From Longimicrobiales bacterium (lineage in GTDB: Bacteria > Gemmatimonadota > Gemmatimonadetes > Longimicrobiales > Gaopeijiaceae): 64,000 nucleotides of DNA. Positions within the stretch are counted from its first letter, which is position 1; each line of letters begins with the position of its first letter. A program made the position numbers and the translations under genes. Location: the NCBI GenBank assembly GCA_965198065.1, contig CBDAON010000004.1, forward strand, positions 1,760,001-1,824,000, in the 5' to 3' direction. A model generated the notes under the pieces. The model did not search any database. It had not been told where the DNA came from and saw only the letters and a program-made list of their open reading frames with translations. Positions 29,189 to 39,725 of this stretch are shown here, piece after piece.

Positions 29189-30201
29189 GCGATCGCATCT
29201 CTCGCCGACAGGCGCTCCGGATCACGGCGGCCGCCGGTGTCTCCCTGGCCCTGGGGGGCGGGCTCGCCTACGAGCTGGTGCGGCGGGCTCGCATCCATCG
29301 CGCCAGCGAGACCCGAACGCAGATGGGGACGCTGGTCACCGTGACCGTGCTCCATCCCGACGCAGACCGGGCCCGAGCCATGGTCTCCGATGCGTTCCTC
29401 GAGATCGAGCGGCTGGAGGCTCTCCTCAGCCGGCACCGCGCCGACACCCCCGTCGGCCGGCTGTCCCGGGAAGGCATCGTGCGCGACGCCCCTCCGGAGC
29501 TCACGGCCGTGCTCAGGCGCGCACTCGAGTACTCGGCCCTAACTGGGGGAGCGTTCGACATCACCGTAGCCCCCCTCCTAGATGTCTATCGGAGTCGACT
29601 GGGAAGCGGGGAGTCCCTCCGGCCCGGCGAGGTGGAAGCGGCACTCTCCCTCGTGGACTATCGAAGGGTACGGATGGAGGGGACCGTGATCTCGCTAGAG
29701 CGCCCGGGCATGGCGATTACGCTCGATGGAATCGCGAAGGGATACGTCGTGGACCGGGCCGTCGCCCGGCTCGCGGCGTCCGGAGCCGAGCGTGTTCTGG
29801 TCGAGGCGGGGGGAGACCTGGCCGCTGCAGGCAACGGGGCAGACGAGCAGGACTGGCGGGTGGCCATCCAGAATCCACACGATGCCCGCGGTTCCCTGGG
29901 TGTCCTCCACCTTAGGGGCGAGGGGGTCGCGAGCTCGGGCGATTACATTCAGGCCTTCACCGAGGACCGGCGGCTCCACCACATCCTGGATCCCAGGACG
30001 GGTAGCTCGCCGGAGCACACAAGTGGGGTGACGGTCGTGGCCCGGACTGCGATGGACGCGGACGCGCTCTCCACGTCCGCATTCGTGATGGGGCCGGAGG
30101 AGGGGCTGGCACTCCTGGAAGGTCTGGACGGGGTCGAAGGGCTCATCGTGACGAAGGACGGCACGGAGCTCGCCACTCGAGGGTTCGAGCGAACGGCCTG
30201 A
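29185..30201 (+). CDS. apbE: FAD:protein FMN transferase
   Basis: Tat motif SRRQAL, MGT, GAFDITV, DGIAKGY, SSGDY, HHILDPRTG and ADALST. Confidence 0.93.
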   Translation: MSDRISRRQALRITAAAGVSLALGGGLAYELVRRARIHRASETRTQMGTLVTVTVLHPDADRARAMVSDAFLEIERLEALLSRHRADTPVGRLSREGIVRDAPPELTAVLRRALEYSALTGGAFDITVAPLLDVYRSRLGSGESLRPGEVEAALSLVDYRRVRMEGTVISLERPGMAITLDGIAKGYVVDRAVARLAASGAERVLVEAGGDLAAAGNGADEQDWRVAIQNPHDARGSLGVLHLRGEGVASSGDYIQAFTEDRRLHHILDPRTGSSPEHTSGVTVVARTAMDADALSTSAFVMGPEEGLALLEGLDGVEGLIVTKDGTELATRGFERTA

Positions 30202-30277
30202 GGGTCGGCCTCGGCCCGTCCCACCGACGGCGCGCGCGCCCGGAGGCCCGTCGCGCCGCCCCCCTCTCAAGAACGGC

Positions 30278-33200
30278 TCACCGCGATCTAGGCGTCACCC
30301 GGCGGTCCACGATCGCCGATGCGACCCCGTCGTGCACCGCCCGTCGGAACGCCGTGACGCGGTCGTTTTCCCGCGACGGGTTCACCCGGTTGGTGAGGAG
30401 CACGACGAAAAGATCGAGCTCCGGATCCACCCAGATCGACGTGCCGGTGAAGCCGGTATGCCCGAACGACCCGGCCGAGAGCAGGTCCCCCGCGGACGAC
30501 CGGCCCTGGGGCGTGTCCCACCCCAGGGCGCGGCTCACGCCCGTCTCCGCCCGGGTGGTGAAGAGATCCACGGTCGCGTCCTGGAGGAGCCGGTTCGCGA
30601 TCGGCACGCTCCGCGCTGCGCACGGAAGGCCGCTCGCCGGCTGGAAATCGCACGGTCTCGCCATCCCCCCGCTCGCGAGCATGCCGGCGAACACGGCCAG
30701 GTCCTGGGCGGACGAGAACAGACCGGCGTGCCCGGCCACGCCCCCCATCGCGTGCGCGTTCTCGTCGTGCACCTCGCCCCAAACGTGGTATCCCCGCCAG
30801 GCCCGATCCACCTCCGTAGGGGCGATCCGCGCCCGATCCGCGGCGTCGGGCAGGAAGCCGGTGTGCTCCATTCCCAGGGGACGGAAGGCACGACGTTCCA
30901 GGAACGAGTCCAGAGTCTGGCCGGTGACGGCCTCCACCACCCAGCCTAGGGTCATGAATCCCAGGTCCGAATAGACGGTAGCCTCACCGGGAGGGGCCTC
31001 CAGCAGAAGGTCGGAGATCTCCTCAAGAAACGACGAGGGTTCCGAGAGCTCACTGTAGAACGGTCGGAACGCGGGGAGACCGCTCCTGTGGAGCAGCAGA
31101 TCCCGAACCGTGACCCCGGCCTTCCGCGGATCCCCACGTGCGAACTCCGGGAGGTGGCGCGTGACCGGATCGTCGAGCCCCAGTCGTCCGTCCTCGATCA
31201 GGAGCATCACGGCCGTCGTCGTCCCCACCACCTTGGTGAGTGACGCCAGGTCGTAGAGGGAAAACGGAGTAACGCCCTCGCTCGCCGGGTCCCAGTCCAG
31301 GCGTCCGTATCCCCGGAGACGGACCAGCTGGCCTCGCCGGCCCACCGCGAGTGCGGCCCCCGGGGAGACGGAGTCCTCGAGGGCCCGGAGGATGTACGCG
31401 TCCAGAGCCTCGAGCTGGACTGGATCCATCCCGGTGGAGGCCGGATCCACCTCCAGGGGCGAGATGCGAAGGTTCCGCCACGCCTGCGGAGCCGCGACGC
31501 CCTCGGGCAGGGCCGGGATTCCCGCGAGCGGGCCCCCCGGCTGGTCTCCCGGGGCGCGCTCGAGACCCTCGCCACGCTCGTGGAGTCCGGGAAGGCCGAT
31601 CGGGAGTCGCCCTTGAATCGCCTCGACCCCAGCTACCGCACGAGCGGCTGCCCTCTGGGAGACTTCCCGATCGCCCCAGGCTACGAGATACGTGCCCACT
31701 TCCGGGACGACCCCGAGGAGATAGGGATTCCCGAACGAGAGGAGCGCGGTCGGATGGCGCTCCGAGACCGCCCGCACGAACTCGACGACCGGTCCCGGGA
31801 GCGCGACTGAGCCCGCCCCCGCCCGGGGCGGGACGTAGGCACTCACGAACACGACGTCGAAGCTTCGCGCCTCTTCCAGCATCTCCTCGAGCTCGTCCTC
31901 ACGGGCCGTGGGTCCGATCCGTGCGCTCCGGACCTCCGGAACGAGCCCGCGGAGGGTCGCGTCGAACTCCCGCCCCGCTGGAAGGTCCTCCAGGGCACCG
32001 TACGTCACGCTCAGGACGCGACGCACGCGCTCGGCCTCGAGCGGGATCAAGCCGTCCCGATCTCGAGGGAGCGTGATGGAGCGCGACGCGACCCGGTCCG
32101 CAACGGCCCGGTGCTCGGCGGTCCCCACCACCCCCGTCACGGCGTCGAGCGAGACGGTGCGCCCGCGGTGGAGGCCCACCTTCGCCTTCGCCCGGAGGAT
32201 ACGGCGCACCGACTCGTCGATCCTCTCCCGGGACACCCGCCCTTCCCTCACCGCCGACAGGACCGCTTCGATCGCCTCCGGTACGGAGGCGGGGATCAGA
32301 AGGACATCGGCACCCGCCTCGAGCGCGAGCACCGCGGCCTCGCCGGCCCCGAACCCCGTGGTGATCGCCCCCATGCTGAGCGCGTCGGTGAAGATGATCC
32401 CCTCGAAGCCGAGATCGTCCCGAAGGAGCCGCGTCAAGATCTCCGGAGCGAGGGTCGCGGGGGGGCCCTCCGGACCCAGGATCGACGGCACGGACACGTG
32501 CGCCGTCATCACGGCGTCCACGCCTTCCTCCACCGCCGCGCGAAACGGAACGAGCTCGATCCGATCCAGGCGTTCGAGATCCGCCGTCACTTCCGGCAGG
32601 TTCAGGTGCGAGTCCGTGCCCGTGTCGCCGTGCCCGGGGAAGTGCTTCGCGGTGGTGAGCAGCCCTCCGGCCCGCGCGCCCCTTAAGTAGGCCCTACCGA
32701 GCCGCGCCACCTCGGCCGGGTCCTCGCCGAACGAGCGCGTATTGATGATAGGATTCTCGGGGTTCGAGTTCACGTCCAGGACGGGCGCGAACGTCATGTG
32801 GACGCCGACGGCTCGCGCCTCGAGGCCCGTGATCCTCGCGAGCTCGCGGACCTCCGCCTCGTCGCCGATGGCCCCAAACCCCATCGTGGGCGGGAAGCTC
32901 GTTCCACCTCCCTGCGGAAGGAGGGACGGGAGCGCATACGTGTGGTTGATCCGCATCCCCGGGCCGCCGTTCTCGAAGTCCGATGCGACGAGGAGGGGGA
33001 CGTCCGCCCGGAGCTGGAGCGCGTTCAGCTTGGCCGCGTAGCCGTGAGGGGTTCCGATCGAGATCGCGAGACCGCCGATTCGCCTCCGCTCCACCCACTC
33101 CAGCGCCTCCACGAACTCCGGGTCGTCCTCCGAGGTATAGCCGCCGCTCATCCAGGGAAAGACGAGCTGGCCCACCGCCTCCTCGAGGGAGAGCGTCGCG

Positions 33201-33379
33201 AGCGTCTCGTCGATCCACTCCCGGGCCTCGTCGTTCAGCACGTCGGCGTAGTAGGGGCGCGGCACGCCGCCCGAGGACGCGCCGGCGGACCCGGCCGGCG
33301 CGCATCCCGCCCCCGGCCCGCCCACCGCTGCCGCGACGACGAGCGCGACGGCCGCCCGATCGAGCGGCCTCGCCCTCAT
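30278..33379 (-). CDS. GH3 beta-N-acetylglucosaminidase fused to a beta-lactamase-fold serine hydrolase
   Basis: NTRSFGED, KHFPGHG and TDALSM, then ASLTK, YSDLG and GHTGFTG. Start at the ATGA overlap 33379. Confidence 0.9.
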   Translation of the reverse strand: MRARPLDRAAVALVVAAAVGGPGAGCAPAGSAGASSGGVPRPYYADVLNDEAREWIDETLATLSLEEAVGQLVFPWMSGGYTSEDDPEFVEALEWVERRRIGGLAISIGTPHGYAAKLNALQLRADVPLLVASDFENGGPGMRINHTYALPSLLPQGGGTSFPPTMGFGAIGDEAEVRELARITGLEARAVGVHMTFAPVLDVNSNPENPIINTRSFGEDPAEVARLGRAYLRGARAGGLLTTAKHFPGHGDTGTDSHLNLPEVTADLERLDRIELVPFRAAVEEGVDAVMTAHVSVPSILGPEGPPATLAPEILTRLLRDDLGFEGIIFTDALSMGAITTGFGAGEAAVLALEAGADVLLIPASVPEAIEAVLSAVREGRVSRERIDESVRRILRAKAKVGLHRGRTVSLDAVTGVVGTAEHRAVADRVASRSITLPRDRDGLIPLEAERVRRVLSVTYGALEDLPAGREFDATLRGLVPEVRSARIGPTAREDELEEMLEEARSFDVVFVSAYVPPRAGAGSVALPGPVVEFVRAVSERHPTALLSFGNPYLLGVVPEVGTYLVAWGDREVSQRAAARAVAGVEAIQGRLPIGLPGLHERGEGLERAPGDQPGGPLAGIPALPEGVAAPQAWRNLRISPLEVDPASTGMDPVQLEALDAYILRALEDSVSPGAALAVGRRGQLVRLRGYGRLDWDPASEGVTPFSLYDLASLTKVVGTTTAVMLLIEDGRLGLDDPVTRHLPEFARGDPRKAGVTVRDLLLHRSGLPAFRPFYSELSEPSSFLEEISDLLLEAPPGEATVYSDLGFMTLGWVVEAVTGQTLDSFLERRAFRPLGMEHTGFLPDAADRARIAPTEVDRAWRGYHVWGEVHDENAHAMGGVAGHAGLFSSAQDLAVFAGMLASGGMARPCDFQPASGLPCAARSVPIANRLLQDATVDLFTTRAETGVSRALGWDTPQGRSSAGDLLSAGSFGHTGFTGTSIWVDPELDLFVVLLTNRVNPSRENDRVTAFRRAVHDGVASAIVDRRVTPRSR

Positions 33380-35481
33380 CCGCACGCCCCGCGCGCGGGC
33401 AGTGTGGCCCCGTTCCTCGCCGGGAGCTGGATCCCGTCCCCGATCCCGTACTCGGGCGGGATCCGGGTGGGGGTGCGGCCCACGATCGGGAGGTCTCCGA
33501 AGAGCGCCCGTGCCGCCGCCCGCTGGCTCACCTCGGCTCCGCTCCATGCCAGGAGATACGCCTGAACGTCCGGAAAGTCGCTCAGCAGGTAGGGGTTCCC
33601 GAACGAGATGACGACATGGGGCCGCCCGGAGGCGCTCAGCGTCTGGAGGAACTCGACGAGCTCGGGAGGCGCCGCGACCGTCCCCGCAGACGACACGGCC
33701 GTGATGTGGAGCGACACCACCACTAGGTCCATCCCGCGGGCGCGCTCGAGGAGCCGCTCGTACTCGTCCGTCCCGGTGTCGGGCTCGACGGTCGCCGTCC
33801 GGAGCCGCGGGTAGGTCTCCCGGAGGCGCGCGTTGAAGGCACGCCCCGCGAGCAGATCGGTGGTCCGTCGATAGGTGACGGAGATCACGTCTGCCGTCCG
33901 GGTCCCCGCGAGGGGAAGGAGGCCCCGCTCGTTACGAAGGAGCGTCAGGGACCTGTCGGCGACCTCCTGCGCGATCTCCAGGTGCTCCGGAATCCCCACC
34001 CGTCGAAGGACCCCCTCCAGGTCCACCGCCCGCTCACGATGGAGACCCAACTCCGCCTTGAGCGCCAGGATCCGACCGACGGACTCGTCGATGCGCTCCT
34101 CGGGGATCCGTCCGGAAAGCACGGCCGTCATGACCCCCCGGATCGCGGCGTCCAAGTCCGGCGGCATGAGGAGAACGTCCGCTCCGGCCTCCACTGCGCG
34201 TGCCGCGGCCTCCTCTCTCGTGAACGAGCGACCGATCGCTTCCATGTCCATGGCGTCCGTGAAGACGAGCCCATCGAACCCGATGTCGCTCCGGAGGAGC
34301 CCCGTCAGCACGGCGGATGACAGCGTGGCCGGAACGCCCAGATCGCCCGTGAGCTCCGGAATGGACACGTGCGCGGTCATCACGGCTCCCATCCCCACCG
34401 CCACCACCTCGCGGAAGGGCACGAGCTCCGTCTCCTCCAGCTGATCGATCGTGAGCGGGATGACCGGGAGCGAGAGGTGCGAGTCGGTGTTCGTGTTCCC
34501 GTGCCCCGGGAAGTGCTTCCCGGTGGCTACGGCTCCGTAGTCCTGGATGCCCCGGACCAGGCAGCTCCCCAGCGCGGACACGAGCAGCGGATCCTCGCCG
34601 AAGGAACGCGTGTTGATGATCGGGTTGTCTGGATTGTTGTTCACGTCCAGCACCGGCGCGAACGAGACATGGATCCCCACGGCGCGGGCTTCCTCCGCCG
34701 TGACCCTTCCGGTCTCGTACGCCAGAAAGCGATCCCCGGCGGCTCCGAGCGCCATGAGCGACGGGAACTCGGTCGCGCCACCGAGATCGGTTCCTCCGGG
34801 AAGGAAGGTGGCCCCTCGCATCCGGAAGCCCGCCCCCCTCTCCAGGTCCGCCGCCACGAGCAGGGGGATCCGGGGGCTCCGCTGGAGCACGTTGAGCTTC
34901 GCCGCCACATCCATGGGAGTGCCCGCGGACACGATGAATCCTCCGACCTGCTGCTCGTCGATCCGCTGGACGGCCAGCTCGTAGCCCGCGGACCCCTCGG
35001 GCGAGAAGTCCCCGGGGACCCGCGGCATGAGCATCTGACCGACCTTCTGTCGGAGCGTGAGGCTCTCGAGCGTCTCCCGCACCCAGGCTCGCCGCTCCTC
35101 GTCCACGGCCCACTCGTTGGGAGCCCCCACAGGCGCGCGAAGATCGGAGTCTAGGAGAAGGTCGGCAGAGCCGGCACCGGGGGCCGCCCCGCGGTCGCTC
35201 GCGGCGGCCGGGGCGTCGCTCCCTGTGCGGCCACCCAGCCCCCCGCCAGCCCCGCCGGGGGCTGGATTCCGGGCAGGATCGTCGGTCGGCCCTTCGGCGG
35301 CCACCGCCCCCGACTCCTCCACGGGGCCGGGTTCAGGGCCCGGGTCGGGCCACCACGGGAGGCGCAGGGAAGAGCAGCCGACGAGAAGCAGGCCGCCGAG
35401 CGCGAAGATCGTGACAGCCTTCAGCGCACTGATCTGGACGGTCTTCTTGTGGGGCCGGACCATCGGAGGAAGTGGGGCCAT
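33376..35481 (-). CDS. GH3 beta-N-acetylglucosaminidase lipoprotein (NagZ-like)
   Basis: LLVGC lipobox, DLERG, KHFPGHG, TDAMDM and SFGNPY. Start uncertain. Confidence 0.9.
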   Translation of the reverse strand: MAPLPPMVRPHKKTVQISALKAVTIFALGGLLLVGCSSLRLPWWPDPGPEPGPVEESGAVAAEGPTDDPARNPAPGGAGGGLGGRTGSDAPAAASDRGAAPGAGSADLLLDSDLRAPVGAPNEWAVDEERRAWVRETLESLTLRQKVGQMLMPRVPGDFSPEGSAGYELAVQRIDEQQVGGFIVSAGTPMDVAAKLNVLQRSPRIPLLVAADLERGAGFRMRGATFLPGGTDLGGATEFPSLMALGAAGDRFLAYETGRVTAEEARAVGIHVSFAPVLDVNNNPDNPIINTRSFGEDPLLVSALGSCLVRGIQDYGAVATGKHFPGHGNTNTDSHLSLPVIPLTIDQLEETELVPFREVVAVGMGAVMTAHVSIPELTGDLGVPATLSSAVLTGLLRSDIGFDGLVFTDAMDMEAIGRSFTREEAAARAVEAGADVLLMPPDLDAAIRGVMTAVLSGRIPEERIDESVGRILALKAELGLHRERAVDLEGVLRRVGIPEHLEIAQEVADRSLTLLRNERGLLPLAGTRTADVISVTYRRTTDLLAGRAFNARLRETYPRLRTATVEPDTGTDEYERLLERARGMDLVVVSLHITAVSSAGTVAAPPELVEFLQTLSASGRPHVVISFGNPYLLSDFPDVQAYLLAWSGAEVSQRAAARALFGDLPIVGRTPTRIPPEYGIGDGIQLPARNGATLPARGACG

Positions 35482-35658
35482 CGAGCCGGGTCCCGGGCGT
35501 GGAGTCGAGCCGGTGAATCAAGAGAACGGGCGCCCGCGTTGACCTGGTCCGCCCGATCGCCGATGTTCGGGACCGAACCCCGTGCGACACCTGGCTGGAC
35601 GCCGCCTGGACACGGCCAAGGTAGGAGAAACCCCACACCGCGACAATCCGGGGACACC

Positions 35659-36978
35659 GTGAGATTCCCGACATCCGGACGCCGCGTCGGGGCGCCTCCT
35701 AGCGGGGTCGCCGCGGCCCTCTGTCTGATCGTCGTCGGCTGCGCGCCCGGCGACGCCTCCGACCCTTCGGCCGACGCCGATGCACGGGCCGACGCCCTGG
35801 CGGGATCCGGCGCACCCTCGGTGCCGAGCGTCCGCCCCGGGATCGAAGTGCTCCTCTCGGACTCCCTGCACCTCGTTCGCGGGCAGAGCGTGGGCCTCAT
35901 CACGAACCACACCGGGGTCGATGCGTCCGGGAACTCGTCGATCGATCGGCTCTACACACACTCGGAAGCCGATCTCGTGGCGCTCTTCTCCCCGGAGCAC
36001 GGTATTCGGGGCACGGCCGGGGCCGGGGCGACGGTCGACCAGGAGATCGATTCCGGCACCGGCCTTCTGGTCCACTCCCTTTACGGAGCGACGTTGAGGC
36101 CGACGCCCCAGATGCTCCAGGACGTCGAGGTCCTCCTCTTCGACATCCAGGACATCGGGACGCGCTATTACACGTACATCTCTACGATGGCCCTGGCGAT
36201 GGAGGCCGCCGGAGAGCAGGGAATCCCGTTCGTGGTCCTCGACCGCCCAAACCCGATCGGGGGAGTGCAGGTCCAGGGGAACGTGCTGGATCCGGCGTTC
36301 GCTTCGTTCGTGGGGCGCTACCCAATTCCGACGCGGCACGGCATGACCCCCGGAGAGCTGGCCCGTCTCTTCGCTGGCGAGTTCGGGGTGAGCGTCGAGC
36401 TCCACGTGGTCCCCATGGACGGATGGCGTCGGGGCATGCTCTTTACCGACACGGGTCTCCCCTGGCTCCCGCCGTCTCCGAACATGCCCGACCTAGAGAG
36501 CGCGCTGCACTATCCGGGTACCTGTCTCTTCGAGGGCACCGACCTCTCCGTGGGCCGGGGCACGGAGCGACCCTTCCAGTGGGTCGGCGCCCCGTGGTTG
36601 GACGGGGATGAGCTGGCCCGCCGGATGACGGCCCGGTCGATTCCCGGCGTTGCCTTCCACCCCGCCGTCTTCACCCCGAGCGCACCCGGCGACGGGAAGT
36701 TCGACGGAGCGGAGGTCCATGGCGTCCGACTGGAGGTGACCGACCCCGATCTCTACGACCCGGTCCACGCCGGAATCGCTCTTCTGGTCGAGGCGAGGCG
36801 TATGTCGGGAGACCGGTGGAGATGGAACGTGGAGCACTTCGACCGATTGGCTGGGACCAATCGGGTCCGCTTGGGGGTCGAAGAGGGCAGGAACGTGCCG
36901 GAGCTGACCCAGGGGTGGGCGGGAGAGCTCCGGGCTTTCGAGGCCCGGCGCCAGAGAAGCGTCCTGTACGGACCGTGA
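35659..36978 (+). CDS. namZ: Exo-beta-N-acetylmuramidase NamZ (DUF1343)
   Basis: GLITNHTG, SPEHG, DIQDIGTRYYTY, LDRPNP, RHGMT and SVGRGT. Confidence 0.9.
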   Translation: MRFPTSGRRVGAPPSGVAAALCLIVVGCAPGDASDPSADADARADALAGSGAPSVPSVRPGIEVLLSDSLHLVRGQSVGLITNHTGVDASGNSSIDRLYTHSEADLVALFSPEHGIRGTAGAGATVDQEIDSGTGLLVHSLYGATLRPTPQMLQDVEVLLFDIQDIGTRYYTYISTMALAMEAAGEQGIPFVVLDRPNPIGGVQVQGNVLDPAFASFVGRYPIPTRHGMTPGELARLFAGEFGVSVELHVVPMDGWRRGMLFTDTGLPWLPPSPNMPDLESALHYPGTCLFEGTDLSVGRGTERPFQWVGAPWLDGDELARRMTARSIPGVAFHPAVFTPSAPGDGKFDGAEVHGVRLEVTDPDLYDPVHAGIALLVEARRMSGDRWRWNVEHFDRLAGTNRVRLGVEEGRNVPELTQGWAGELRAFEARRQRSVLYGP

Positions 36979-37007
36979 GTCCGTCACCGGGAACGGGTGA
37001 ACCTGCC

Positions 37008-37904
37008 ATGACCCAGTCTCGTGCGTCTAGATCCGCTCCGCCGCGGCGCGGCGGGCAGGCCCGGATCCTTCCCGGCGGCCACCTGCTTGCCAGCGGGCGG
37101 ACCTGGATCCTCCTCGGCGGCCTCGCGGTTGGCGGCGTGATACCCGCGGCTCTCGCCGGACAGCCGAGGGCGGGGCCGCCGGCTCTCCCCACACCCGTCG
37201 CGATCCAGAGCGCCGTTGCGCCGGTCCCCTTCGGGCCCGGCGAGAGCGCCCAGTACGAGGTGAGGCTCGGGCGCCTGTCCATCGGACGCGGGTCGATGGA
37301 GATCCTGGGCGTGGAGGCCGTACGGGGCCGGTCCTCCTATCACGTGTCGTGGCGCATCGAGGGCGGCCTGCCCCTCCTTCGTGTGCGCGACCACTTCCAG
37401 ACCTGGATGGACGTGACGACCCTGGCGACCCGCCGCTTCATCCAGGACATCGACGAGGTCCGCTACGAGAGGCTCCGCCACTACGAAATCTATCCCGAGG
37501 AGAAGCGCTGGGAGCTCCTGGGGACGGGCGACGCCGAGACGTTTACCACAGACCGGCCGCTGGACGACATCTCGTTCATCTACTACGTCCGGACCCTTCC
37601 GACCCTCGAGGTGGGTCGTACGTACACCCTACACCAGTACTTCCGGGAGGACCGGAATCCCGTAATCCTGAACGTCCTCCGGACGGAGCGGATCGACGTG
37701 CCCGCCGGAACGTTCGACACGATCGTGATCCAGCCCATCATCCGGTCCGGGGGGCTCTTCGGTGAGGGAGGCAATGCCGAGCTCTACTTCACCGACGACG
37801 AGGAGCGCCTCCTCGTCCGCATGGTGACCCGAGGCATCCCCCTCCTCGGAAACCTTTCCCTCCATCTCACGAGCGTCGAGCCGGGCGGTTCGCTGAACGA
37901 CTGA
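37008..37904 (+). CDS. DUF3108 domain protein
   Basis: PFGPGE..Y, LDDISFIYYVR and ERIDVPAGTF. Confidence 0.8.
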   Translation: MTQSRASRSAPPRRGGQARILPGGHLLASGRTWILLGGLAVGGVIPAALAGQPRAGPPALPTPVAIQSAVAPVPFGPGESAQYEVRLGRLSIGRGSMEILGVEAVRGRSSYHVSWRIEGGLPLLRVRDHFQTWMDVTTLATRRFIQDIDEVRYERLRHYEIYPEEKRWELLGTGDAETFTTDRPLDDISFIYYVRTLPTLEVGRTYTLHQYFREDRNPVILNVLRTERIDVPAGTFDTIVIQPIIRSGGLFGEGGNAELYFTDDEERLLVRMVTRGIPLLGNLSLHLTSVEPGGSLND

Positions 37905-37959
37905 ACGGGGGCGGGCGGTTTCAGGCGCGGCGGGGTGGCGCTGCGGACGCCCGGGGCGG

Positions 37960-38907
37960 CTACGTAGCTGCCCGGACGCGTGCCGGGCATTCGCGGGCGA
38001 CGACCTCCAGGAACGCCCGCTGGAGGTCTCGGGTGACGGGCCCTACCGCCCCGTCGCCGACCGGGCGGCCGTCAATGCGCACAATGGGACGCACCTCGGT
38101 CAGGCTCCCCGTGAGGAAGACCTCCGACGCCGCCCTGAGGGCATCGGACGAAGTCGGCCGCTCCTCCACGTCGTAACCCAGGTTCCGGGCCAGCTCCAGC
38201 ACCACGCTCCGGGTGATCCCCGAAAGGATCTGGTGGGAGGCGGAGTGCGTGCGAATGCCCCGACCGAACACGACGAAGAGGTTGCTGTGCGCCGCTTCGA
38301 TCGCTATCCCGTCCCGGACGAAGATCGAGTCCGTGACCCCGGCCTCCCGCGCCGCTTCCTGCGCGAGCACGTTGGGAAGGAGCTGGACGGTCTTGAGGTC
38401 CACACGCGCCCACCGCCGGTCGGGGAGGCTCACGGCCCCGAAACCCTCATTCCACGCGACGGAACTCGCTCGCGCCCAGGAGACCGCGTAGGCGTAGACC
38501 GTCGGTCTGGTCCCCTCCGGCGGGAAGTGATGAATGCGGGGAGCGGCTCCCCGAGTAACCTGAAGGTAGACCATCGAGGTGGGAGCCTCGGAGAGCCCGT
38601 TCCGCTCCACGAGCTCGGAGAGGATCGGCCCGAGCTCCTCCGGATCGAAGTCGATCCCGAGCTCACGGAGGCCACGGGAAAGTCGGTGCTGGTGCGCCGC
38701 GAGTCGGAGGGGCGCTCCCCCGTACACCGGAACGACCTCGTACACGCCGTCCCCGAACAGGAAGCCCCGCTCCTCGACCGAGAGACGCGCTTCCGACTTG
38801 GGCAGGTATGCTCCGTTCAGGTAGACAGTGTCCATCCCCGGTGGTGCTCCGTGGCCGGCGGGTGGCGACGGGGGGTCCTGGGAGGAGGCCTCAGGAACGA
38901 GCGTCAT
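37960..38907 (-). CDS. dat: D-amino-acid aminotransferase (PLP class IV)
   Basis: ERGFLFGDGVYE, YLQVTRG, DLKTVQLLPN and ILSGIT. Start is 38907 or 38835. Confidence 0.85.
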   Translation of the reverse strand: MTLVPEASSQDPPSPPAGHGAPPGMDTVYLNGAYLPKSEARLSVEERGFLFGDGVYEVVPVYGGAPLRLAAHQHRLSRGLRELGIDFDPEELGPILSELVERNGLSEAPTSMVYLQVTRGAAPRIHHFPPEGTRPTVYAYAVSWARASSVAWNEGFGAVSLPDRRWARVDLKTVQLLPNVLAQEAAREAGVTDSIFVRDGIAIEAAHSNLFVVFGRGIRTHSASHQILSGITRSVVLELARNLGYDVEERPTSSDALRAASEVFLTGSLTEVRPIVRIDGRPVGDGAVGPVTRDLQRAFLEVVARECPARVRAAT

Positions 38908-39721
38908 TCTGCTCGAGACGGTCGAACTCCTCCAGGAGCTCGGCCTCTCGGATCTGCCCATCCGGCTTCGAGTCGCCCTCGACCTCTTCCTCCTCCTCCG
39001 CGTTCTGGTCTCCGGACGTGATCTGGCGCCTCTCCTCACTCCCCGCCCCGACGAGCCCCATCTCGCGCTTCAACGCCAGGAGTCGCTCGTCCGCGTCGTC
39101 CACGCTCTCGAGCAGATGGAACTCTTTCTCGAGGCTGTCTCCAGCCAGCGACTCCGTGACCTCCGCGGTCGCAATGTTCCTCCGCTCCTCCTCCTCGATC
39201 CGCTCCGCCATCCGATTGAACGTGTCGAAGGCGGACGTGTCGGAGATGCCCGCTAGCGTCTCGTGGATCCGTTTCTGCGCCTGGGCCCGCTTCTGCTTCG
39301 CGATGAGGAGGTTCTTCTTCCGCTTCGCCTCCTCGATGCGCTCGTTCAGCTGCCGGAGAGACGTCTTGAGCTTATCGGTCTCGACCGCCTGAGCTTCCCA
39401 CGTGTTCTTCAGCGTCGCGGCCCGCTCGGCATATTCCCCTTGCCGGAGAAGGGCCTGTTTGGCCAGGTCGTCCCGACTCTCCTGGACAGCGAGCACGGCC
39501 CGCTTCTGCCAATCGCGCGCATGCCTCATCTCGTCTTCGACCTGGACACGGAGCTTGCGCTCGTCGGCGATGGCGGCCGCCACCTCCCGCTTGGCGTTGG
39601 ACAGCTGCTCGCGCATGTCGTGGATAATCTGGTTCAACATCTTCTCCGGGTCTTCGGCCCGGGCGATCAGGTCGTTGATGTTGGACCGGAACAGGGTCGA
39701 CAGCCTCTGAAAGATGCTCAT
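38891..39721 (-). CDS. pspA: PspA/IM30 family protein
   Basis: MSIFQRL...AEDPEKML followed by a long coiled coil. Confidence 0.9.
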   Translation of the reverse strand: MSIFQRLSTLFRSNINDLIARAEDPEKMLNQIIHDMREQLSNAKREVAAAIADERKLRVQVEDEMRHARDWQKRAVLAVQESRDDLAKQALLRQGEYAERAATLKNTWEAQAVETDKLKTSLRQLNERIEEAKRKKNLLIAKQKRAQAQKRIHETLAGISDTSAFDTFNRMAERIEEEERRNIATAEVTESLAGDSLEKEFHLLESVDDADERLLALKREMGLVGAGSEERRQITSGDQNAEEEEEVEGDSKPDGQIREAELLEEFDRLEQNDARS

Positions 39722-39725
39722 GCGA

